Part shown: piece by piece, positions 53,895 to 64,000 of the stretch
How positions within the stretch are numbered: the first letter of the stretch is position 1
Layout of the letters: each line of letters opens with the position of its first letter
Assembly (NCBI GenBank): GCA_964016885.1
Contig: OZ024746.1
Coordinates: 28,334,001 to 28,398,000 of the forward strand
Direction: 5' to 3'
DNA length: 64,000 nt
Source: Eledone cirrhosa
Lineage: Eukaryota
Position numbers and translations under genes: made by a program
The notes under the pieces: generated by a model
The model's database searches: none
Told to the model about the DNA's origin: nothing
Seen by the model: the letters and a program-made list of their open reading frames with translations, nothing else

Positions 53895-53949
53895 ACTGCT
53901 ATATATATTTCGGTGACAGCCATCTTTGGTTGTGACCTCTTCAGGCAGT
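53895..53949 (-). ncRNA. Type I minimal hammerhead ribozyme (Penelope-like), apparently intact
   Basis: Minus strand: ACUGC-CUGAAGA-GGUCACAACCA(AAGA)UGGCUGUCACC-GAAA-UAUAUA-UA-GCAGU. Perfect 5-bp stem I, canonical CUGANGA/GAAA core, palindromic stem III, AUA cleavage triplet, and AAUAAA just downstream. Confidence 0.8.
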
Positions 53950-54062
53950 CAGAATTAGTGTGGTATAGACAAGTATATATGTTGTTGTGGTGTATAATTT
54001 TGTCAATACTCTGATATGCCCAGTTCCTGGTTGGGTTGTTATTTCACTGAGGAACTGGAACC

Positions 54063-54192
54063 AGAAGAAGAAGAAGAAGAAGAAGACGAAGAAGAAGAAG
54101 AAGAAGAAGAAGAAGAAGAAGAAGAAGAAGAAGAAGAAGAAGAAGAAGAAGAAGAAGAAGAAGAAGAAGAAGAAGAAGAAGAAGAAGAAGAA
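54063..54192. repeat. (GAA)n microsatellite
   Basis: About 43 GAA units with one GAC interruption. Confidence 0.95.
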
Positions 54193-55593
54193 GAGGGAGG
54201 CGGCAGCGACGAATGGTTGAATCTAGATGTGCAACTACTCCGTCCAACTTTTGGCACCTTCTTGATCCCTCATTGCATGACAACATCAACTAAGTAAGGC
54301 TAAAGCACCTGCATATGGGAACAGTCGAATGACAATAACTTTGTGAAGTGCTTCTGAAATAATCTCTGGGCTGGACTTGAGGGTGTGAATATTGTGTGTG
54401 TCAAGTGTTACATGTATTTCCCATGAGCCCTATGTAGCTATTTGCATGTTATATGTGCATAGTTGTGTTGTGAAATGAATATTGTTAAAAGTGCCGGAAC
54501 AGCTAATTTCTTTCAACTTCACAATTGTCAGGTTTGAATACAAAGATCAATTCTTACACGTTTATAATCTCAGTAGTAATTTTGATTTTAGCTTCAAGTC
54601 AACATTGCCTCAGTAGACGTATACTAAAAAGAGATCTTGCAATAGCTTATTATTCGCACGAGAATCACGTAATTACGACATTATCCAAAGTTTCTCTCAA
54701 TTTTCAAGACGGGAAATTTTGAGGGAAATTTCAGTGTTATTTCTAACAGACTAAACAGCCGGCCACTGATATTCACCTAAGTAGGGTTTTTTTTCTTCTA
54801 AATTTACGATGATAAATAAATCGTGACGATCGCTAATGATCCAGAAACATATGTTTCTTTATACCAATGGCGTCGTTAGGCCGAGAATTTCAGCTATATC
54901 TTTTAAAACATAATTTATCTATTTAATATAATAAATGGAAGTATTATGCTGTTAACATATTTTCTATTTTTTGCACATAAAGCTATGTTTTCAACTTCAG
55001 TCTTGAATACAACTTTTGATCTACAGCGAAATATTGGTGCACTAAATTCAGATGACAGTTTTACAGAATCGCTCACGAAATTTCAATAGATAAAAGAAAA
55101 ATATTACTTGTATCACTATTTCCGTCTATGCTATTTATTTATTTATCTATCTATTTATTTATTTAAATCTTATATTCTATTGCAGTACGGTCGGTCGATT
55201 TTATTTGACATTACATATCACATTAATATACACATAAATACTGAGGTATTAGGTTTCTTTTTTCAACATTCAAAAATTATATATACAGACACACACACAT
55301 TCACACACACACACATACATATAAATGCATTTACTTATATATACATGCAAACATAGACACACACATACATATACATACACGCATAGATATACAAACAGAC
55401 ATGTGTGTATATATATATATATATAGGAATGAAAAATAGCGTGCTGTGTTGTTGCAAATTTGTATATATATATATATATATATATAAACATATATAAATA
55501 TATAAACACATATATATATATATATAAATAAACATATATATGCACGTGTGTGTGTGCATGCACACACACACACACACGCACTCAATCACACAC

Positions 55594-55777
<184 letters not shown>

Positions 55778-56744
55778 CAGAACAAATTCCTTTGATATCG
55801 TTAAATATTTCCATCAAGTGTTGTTGAAATGTTTGTTTTGAGAGATTTTGAGGAAGAAAAAAAGTTTTACTTTTATTGCTAATATGTTGTTGTTGTTTTC
55901 GTTTGTGTTGTTGTCGTGGCTGCCATGTAAGTTGTTTTTGTTGTCACATGGTGCTATAGTCATAGTCATCTGTTGTTGTTGCTTTAGCTGTTGTTGTTGT
56001 CATAGTCTTGTGTTGTTAATGTTGTAGTTGTTGTTGTTGCCATTTCCGTTGTTGATATCTTAGTTGCAGCTTTACTTTGGTGTTGTTATTACAGTCTTAC
56101 TTGAGTGTTATAGTAGTAGTTGTTGTCAATTATGTTGTAGCACTAACGTTGTTGTTATTGTTGTTGTTGTCATAGCCTTAACTTCTCTGTGAAAGACATT
56201 TCTAATTTGACAAGAGGAAAATTAAATAACATAATACGGAAAGAGCGGAGAAAAGGAAAGAAAGAATGAAAGGCAGCCATCATTGATTACGTTTCTTTTT
56301 AGTAACGTGTAAGGTTCGTTAATGAGTTCGGCTTAATGTAATTCTTTTTAGATAATTATTCTCTAATGAATCTTTCGAGGAGTCATTATTGACGCGTGGA
56401 TATGTTCTTCTGCACATTCGGCTCATGTTGTTGTTGTCGTTGCTGTTATTTTCTATTGATAACAGAATCAACTTTGTAACATCCTAAGGCAATTTTGTTG
56501 ACTTTGTTTACGTAGTTCCTTTTTTTGTTTTTGTTTTTAACTTGCCTGCGTTGTGTTGTCTTGTCGTATGTCTAGCTCGGAAATACCATAACAAAGGAGA
56601 TTACTTTATGTAGCAGAGGCCGAGTTATTTAGTTTTACAGGCAACAATGTATTGCAGCAGTGAGGGATACATTATCTCTAATTTACGTAGAGTTTAATTT
56701 CATCTTGAATAACAACAGTAACAACAATAATAGTTTATAATAAA

Positions 56745-57560
56745 GGCACGAGACCGGCAATTTGCTATCGGATGAGAAGATGTCGATTACATAAACCTCA
56801 GTATTTCATTGGTATTTTATTTTATCACCCTTGAAAAATGAACCCGGAACATAAAGAACTTCAACAACAACAGACACGGCTGCAGATCGACGACGACGAC
56901 AACAACAACAACAACGACGACCAAAACAACAACGACAACAATAACGGTATCTTATTGAAGCTCCTGGCTGGAAATTTTGGGTCGGGCGAGGGGGTAGTCG
57001 TTTATAGTCACGCCAGTATTTCATTGGTACTTAATTTTGTCGATCCTGGAATAACGAAAGGCAAAGATGGCCTCAGTGGATAACGTGAAGAAGCATAACT
57101 ATAAACTGCCAACCATTGTATCTGAAGCTTTAACAATCGACCGGCAATTTCGTATGGGAAAGCTAAAGTATATCACATCGGTCCTTTAATGATGAAAGGT
57201 TAAGTTGACATCGGTGGGATTTGACCTCACAAGGAAAATACTAGAAACATATGATGCTTGGTGTTTTTTGAGGCTATCTCGATTATGCCAATCATCACCT
57301 TTATAATTGTTTCTTGTTTACTTACAAAGCCAGTAATACCTTAGGAGGGGAAAGGTGTTTATAATTGCCTAAGTACTTGATTTGTACTTCATTTTATCGA
57401 CCTCAAAAGGACCAAAATTCACGTCGACAAGATTTGAGCTCAGAACAACAACAATAATATTTTCTTTTCGGTACAAGGTCAAAGATTTGTGACGAGAGAT
57501 TAATCATCTTCTGTATTTGACTAGAACTTTACTTTATCGACTGAGGAAGGATGAAAGGAA
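56745..57560 (-). mobile_element. Cluster of ~5 old, diverged SINE family 1 relatives
   Basis: Repeated decayed GGCAC(A/G)AG.CC.GCAATTT...CAGTATTTCA.TGGTAC...TTTATCGAC...GATGAAAGG motifs separated by (CAA/TAA)n-rich linkers. Confidence 0.65.
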
Positions 57561-58065
57561 AACTTGGCCAACGAACATACAGTGATATAATCATGTGTTA
57601 GGCGAAGTTTAGAAAATGTCATTTCAACTCTTCTGTAATTCTAAAATTCCGTCATTCTTATAATTCTGTCATTCCGCCGCTCTTATTCCCAGGAAATCTT
57701 TAATGAGTGTGTACAGTACGTTCGTTTACTGTAAAAGCCGGATTTACCCAATCATCCTTCCACTTTCTTCCCGATCTCCCTCCTCTCTTATGCAGCTGAC
57801 ACAATGCCGAGTGAAACACATTGAATTCTGTGACAACATGTCAAATTCTAATTCTATATATGTAGCATTGGCAAAGTGTTATCAACGAAAATGGTTTTAA
57901 AAGCCACGATTAAGGAAAGTTCCTAATACCAGTCACGTAGTACATACACGAAACCAACTACCAGATCCAAGAAGCCAGCACTTATACTTAATTATTCAGA
58001 GACGTGTATTACATTAATATCGTAAAATATGTTGTTTGTGTGTATATGTGTTGACCTGTGTACTT

Positions 58066-58264
<199 letters not shown>

Positions 58265-58374
58265 TTTATATAATAGAATAATATGATCATCGGTGAAGCT
58301 TAAATCATTTTGATAGCACTACTAAGTTAAATAATGGGTTTAATGGGACTTAACTAGTAACATCTCTTCTATAG

Positions 58375-58402
<28 letters not shown>

Positions 58403-58408
<6 letters not shown>

Positions 58409-59371
58409 TATGAAGAGAGAAGAAACATTTAGATATAATTAGTAATAAAATGTATCATACCTAAACTGCCCCTAAATTCCTCGACTACGTAGGGACTCTA
58501 TATCTTTGATATATTGTTTTTGTTTATGCCACGAAACTACGTAGTCGAGGAATTTAGGGGCAGTTTAGGTATGATACATTTTATTACTAATTATATCTAA
58601 ATGTTTCTTCTCTCTTCATAATGTATTTTTAACTCTGATACTGGTTCAGTCTGGTTCAAACTGAATTGGTCTGTCCCAGTCATTCATTGAGCAAATCGGT
58701 GAAGTTGGCACCCTTAACTCACAGTTGGGTGCGGATGCATTCATGTATATATGTGTGTGTCCGCATGTATCTGTGTGTTTCTAAATATATTAATAACTCC
58801 CTCTGGTCGAGCAATCTTTGAAGTGTGGGGACAACTGGAAAGCTTCCATTACTCATACTTCTCGCCTTCTTCACTACCTCTTCTACGGCCTCGATATGAA
58901 TACCCCCTCCGCCTCCGTGGTATTTTCTTCGTGGTTATAAGAGGCTTAGCTCTGTTTCTCGACCGTTATATCGCGTGACTATCTCCCCCTCCGCCTTTTG
59001 GGATTCTTTCTCACGTCGTGTAGACGCGTTCTTGAGACTAGTAAAATGAGGTATCCTCTTGATAAGTCGGCAGACCTCGCAGGGACTCTATATCTTTGAT
59101 ATATTGTTTTTGTTTATGCCACGAAACTACGTAGTCGAGGAATTTAGGGGCAGTTTAGGTATGATACATTTTATTACTAATTATATCTAAATGTTTCTTC
59201 TCTCTTCATAATGTATTTTTAACTCTGATACTGGTTCAGTCTGGTTCAAACTGAATTGGTCTGTCCCAGTCATTCATTGAGCAAATCGGTGAAGTTGGCA
59301 CCCTTAACTCACAGTTGGGTGCGGATGCATTCATGTATATATGTGTGTGTCCGCATGTATCTGTGTGTTTC

Positions 59372-59380
<9 letters not shown>
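58403..59380 (+). mobile_element. Putative non-autonomous Penelope-like element: inverted arm plus two 300-bp direct repeats with a decayed hammerhead
   Basis: 58491-58790 matches 59081-59380. 58403-58492 is the perfect reverse complement of 58537-58626. A hammerhead-like motif spans 59054-59141. Both ends abut (TA)n. Confidence 0.6.
59054..59141 (+). ncRNA. Degenerate type I hammerhead ribozyme
   Basis: UCCUC-UUGAUAA-GUCGGCA...UGCCAC-GAAA-CUACGUAG-UC-GAGGA. Stems I, II and palindromic III and a GUC site are present; the core has two transitions relative to CUGAUGA. Confidence 0.55.
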
Positions 59381-59421
<41 letters not shown>

Positions 59422-59599
59422 CAGACAAACACACAAACGTTATTTGAGTGTAAGCACAAGTATCATATATTATCTAAAATGCATGATAACTAAACATATG
59501 TCGTCGGCGGTACTCAGAGTTTCATGATGGTACTTGATAAATCGTAGAAGATTAATCTCGCAACACAAATGTTCAAAATTTATGCATGATGAATATTAC

Positions 59600-59900
59600 G
59601 TTGGTTTCGACGATGAACACTCATTCGTTTCTCAATAATCTGAACGTTCCACGCTCAGAGAAGCGTAGTAGTGGTTGAGTATTCTACAGACACGTGTACA
59701 TAATCAGAACCAGCGTGTCACATGAGAGAAGAATTTGAATTACAGATACAATTTATCTGACGGGCTTCCAAATAGCTTCTGTTCCGCTAATACCATTCAT
59801 AATGCTCGGGTCGACTCGGGCCAGATATGGAAAATGACACTTGCCCAATATGCCACACTGAGAGATTGCACCAGGGGCTTTTATGAATGCAGAACGAATT
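59600..59900 (-). mobile_element. Decayed SINE family 3 copy
   Basis: GACGGGCTTCCA...GACACTTGCCCAA...GCCACAC is collinear with the reverse complement of 40590-40930. Confidence 0.55.
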
Positions 59901-59959
59901 TCGTCCATTCTGCATCCACATAAACGTATTGGATATCTTAATGTTTGAATCAAAGAGGA

Positions 59960-60260
59960 GGCTGGATAATTGTGACTGGAATGTGATTGGTCACCAGTTA
60001 GAACTGAGTTTAAACAGCTACAGAAATGACCACTATGACGGGAGCGTTGTTGGTCATAAGGTAGAGCTGTATCTGAACAGCCCTAGAAATTGCCATTACG
60101 ATTGGGTAATATCATCAGAACGGTAATTGACATCAGTGAGAACTGTGTCTAAACAGCTACAGAAATCACCACTACGCCATTGGCAATATCATTAGAACGG
60201 TATTAGTCATAAGTTAGAACTGTGTCTAAACAGTTACAGAAACTGCCACTAGGGCAGGGC
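59960..60260. repeat. Degenerate ~60-80 bp tandem repeat, 4 copies
   Basis: AGAACTGTGTCTAAACAGCTACAGAAA..CCACTA recurs near 60000, 60063, 60140 and 60216. Confidence 0.7.
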
Positions 60261-60944
60261 AATATGATTACCAAGCACACTTCTAAACCATTCGGCCATG
60301 TTAGGCCCACAATTCGGTTATACAGTAAAACACCAAATAGCAATCAGTCTACTGTAATAGAATCAACAACAACAAGAACAAGAACAGCAACAACAACAAC
60401 GACAACTATAATAATAAAAAAAGGTAACATTATAAATTTTCTTTTTCTCACTTTCTTAATAACAAACGACTTTTAGTGGTGTCCAAGATAAAAAAATATA
60501 TAATCACGTACATGGCTATTATCTATTACTAATTTCACAGTCGGCATATGGAGAGATATTCTCTTTTCTTGTGTTAGTTTAGTGAAACAATTAGATTTCT
60601 ACACTTGCTAAGTCTGCTGCTGATAGCAAAGAAAAAGAAAATGTTAGTACTAGCAATAAATATATTATAGCTTTATCGTTAAATCTTAAACGATACACAA
60701 ATAAAACAAACATACAATCACAATTCCGTTCTCCACTTCTGTTATACAAAACTTTTCTCTTCAAATGTGTGTCTTCGGTTTTTAAGTTCCAATTTCTGAT
60801 GACGTCAGTGTATTTAATATTTTGCCTAAGTCTTGTAACACGAGGCGTTAAAAACAACACAAACTAACATGTCTGCCGGCTTTTTTTTTTACTTATCAAA
60901 ACATATCTACCTTGTTCTCCTTCTAACTTTCGTTCTTTGCAAAC

Positions 60945-61085
60945 ACTGGCAGAGTCGTTAGAACTTCGGATAGAAACCTTTATGGTATTTGTTCCGGCTT
61001 TTGGTTCTCTGAGTTCAAATCCCGCTGATGTCAAATTTGCCTTTCGAAGGCGATAAAAAAAAAGTACCAGTCTAGTACTGGAGTC
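60945..61085 (+). mobile_element. Old SINE family 1 relative
   Basis: CTGGCAGAGTCGTTAGAAC (A box), CTGAGTTCAAATCCCGC (B box), TTTGCCTTTC...AAGTACCAG. Confidence 0.65.
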
Positions 61086-61220
61086 GATTCTTCCTCTCTC
61101 TCTGGAAGAAATCTGCTGTACTCTGGCCTAGAGAGGAATGGACTCCGCCAGGCTTAAAATGCCCAGGAAACGAAATATGTTAATACGGCACCCTTACAAC
61201 TCTATCAGGAGTTGCGGGAC

Positions 61221-61264
<44 letters not shown>

Positions 61265-61273
61265 CGCACACAT

Positions 61274-61311
<38 letters not shown>

Positions 61312-61572
61312 GGGGGCGTGATGTGATATGTGTTTGTGTATATGCATATGTGTGTATTTGTGTGTGTGTATGCTTCAGTATGTACGTTTGTATATATGTG
61401 TGTTTTTATATGTTGTGATGTATATGTAGCTGTGTTTTTATTGTTTGATAAACAGTGTTTAAGAGTAATAACTACTACACAACATGAAAAATAACAAGTT
61501 TTGATTTTAAATTGAAATGATTATGGAGCGTTCTTAAACGCAGCGATATCAACTGAAAAGTAAGAATAAACG

Positions 61573-61684
<112 letters not shown>

Positions 61685-61765
61685 CAACTATCTATGTCTC
61701 TGCCTGTCCTTCTACTTATGTGTCTATCTCTGTCAATATATTTACATATACATTACACACGTAAT

Positions 61766-61800
<35 letters not shown>

Positions 61801-61805
61801 GTATG

Positions 61806-61858
<53 letters not shown>

Positions 61859-62138
61859 CATTAAACACGTATATATATATTTATATATATATATATATAA
61901 ATACATGCATATATATATATATGTAATGTGTATTGAACAGTTATTGTAATGCAAGTTAAGAAGAAACTTTAAATGGGGAATACTGTATCTGTTGACAGTA
62001 ATTTTCTATGGTCAAATGATGGTTAAACACATATATTTTTCTGCTTCTACTTTCGTAACTGATTGCTCCATTCATGCACCACTATGTATATATATATATA
62101 TATATATATATACATGTGTGTGTGTGTGCGTGTGTGTG

Positions 62139-62202
<64 letters not shown>

Positions 62203-62464
62203 TAATATTTATATAATGGCGTAGTCTTCACTAAAAACATAATATTATGTTAAATTAGTGTATGAGTTTTAAAAATTGCTTCCTAATTACGTAAACTTTA
62301 TGATTTCCAATGATGTTCCGTTCCGACTTATTACATATTTTTGTTTTTCACTGCCACTAAGATGAGTTCATTTAGTGCATTGTTGTAAGAACGCGTGTGT
62401 ATATATATATATATGTGTGTGTATACGTCTGTGTATATATGATTGCATGTACGTATAACTTTCA

Positions 62465-62497
<33 letters not shown>

Positions 62498-62527
62498 CAG
62501 GCTTGAGTGTGTTTGTGTATGTGCATT

Positions 62528-62634
<107 letters not shown>

Positions 62635-62676
62635 GTATGTGTTTACATACATCTGTGCATGTATGTAAATATGCAT

Positions 62677-62745
<69 letters not shown>

Positions 62746-63082
62746 TATAGGGAGAGAGAGTGAGAAAGAGAGAGAGAGAGTAAGAAAGAGAAAGAGAAAG
62801 GAAGAGAGAGAGAGAGAGAGATAGAGAAAGAGAAAAAGCAGGCTAGATAAATAGATAGATGTACATACGAAATAAAAAAATAACTATATAGACAATAGTT
62901 AATGCAATGATATGTGTGTATATTTCTGTCTATGTATATATATATATATATATATATGTGAATTCTTGAAATGATGCACTAAAAGAACTTTATACATCTA
63001 CATAAAGGGTTACACACAACACAGACACATAAACACACACACACGCACACACATATACACACACACACACGCACACACACAC

Positions 63083-63149
<67 letters not shown>

Positions 63150-63211
63150 CATATATGTATATATATATATACATTCATATATATATACATTCATATATAT
63201 ATATACATATA

Positions 63212-63262
<51 letters not shown>

Positions 63263-63389
63263 TCATATATATATATATATATATATACATATATGCCTAT
63301 ATGTATATATATCTAAATCGTTTCACGAATATATATAGATCTATGTATATATATATATATATATATACACATACATGCATATACGTATA

Positions 63390-63437
<48 letters not shown>

Positions 63438-63761
63438 TGTGTGTGTGTGTTTGTACTCCGGTATGAATAGGAAGTTGAATGTATATTTTGTACCATTTGG
63501 TACAAAAGAATTAAGTTAGTTTGAAGAAGGAGTTAAAAAAATATCGGAAGCGAAACATCGTTTTACGTAATTCTGAGTGGAACATTAAGAAGTCGTAATC
63601 AGTTAACAATGTAAATATAGCGTGTAATGGCGGGCTTGGGAGAGTGGAGAGCAAATTGGTTATGTCATACAACCATTTCAGATCTCTCTCTATATATATA
63701 GGCACACACACACACACAGATACAGGCAGACACACACACACACACACACAGACACACATAT

Positions 63762-63868
<107 letters not shown>

Positions 63869-63907
63869 CGTTAGTGTGTCTGAGTATATGTGTTTCTCAC
63901 TCTCTGT

Positions 63908-63959
<52 letters not shown>

Positions 63960-64000
63960 ATTCATACATATGTAAATATATCATTTATATATACACACAC

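Overview
Gene-poor, AT-rich animal genomic DNA (intergenic or intronic) saturated with (TA)n, (CA)n, (GA)n, (TACA)n and (TAA)n microsatellites. The repeat content suggests an octopus or other cephalopod, but that is inference. No host protein-coding gene is supportable, and almost all ORFs in the track are microsatellite artefacts. The recognisable content is mobile DNA and tandem repeats. Mobile DNA: a near full-length but decayed Tx1/L1-group LINE (5180-10516, minus) flanked on both sides by (TAA)n; two divergent R4/Dong-like (restriction-like endonuclease) LINE 3' fragments stacked in a (CATA)n tract; RTE-type relics; a Penelope-like GIY-YIG relic; several tRNA-derived SINE families; and a mariner-like MITE. 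Tandem repeats: a ~5 kb 55-bp satellite with higher-order structure and several smaller arrays. The most notable signals are: (i) Penelope-type minimal hammerhead ribozymes, one apparently intact with a covarying paralogue; (ii) a small element with pseudo-LTR-like and inverted-repeat architecture around a decayed hammerhead; (iii) apparent microsatellite-specific targeting by two unrelated LINE lineages, with a SINE whose 3' end resembles that of the Tx1-like LINE. Family names were assigned by eye from motifs; no database search was run.
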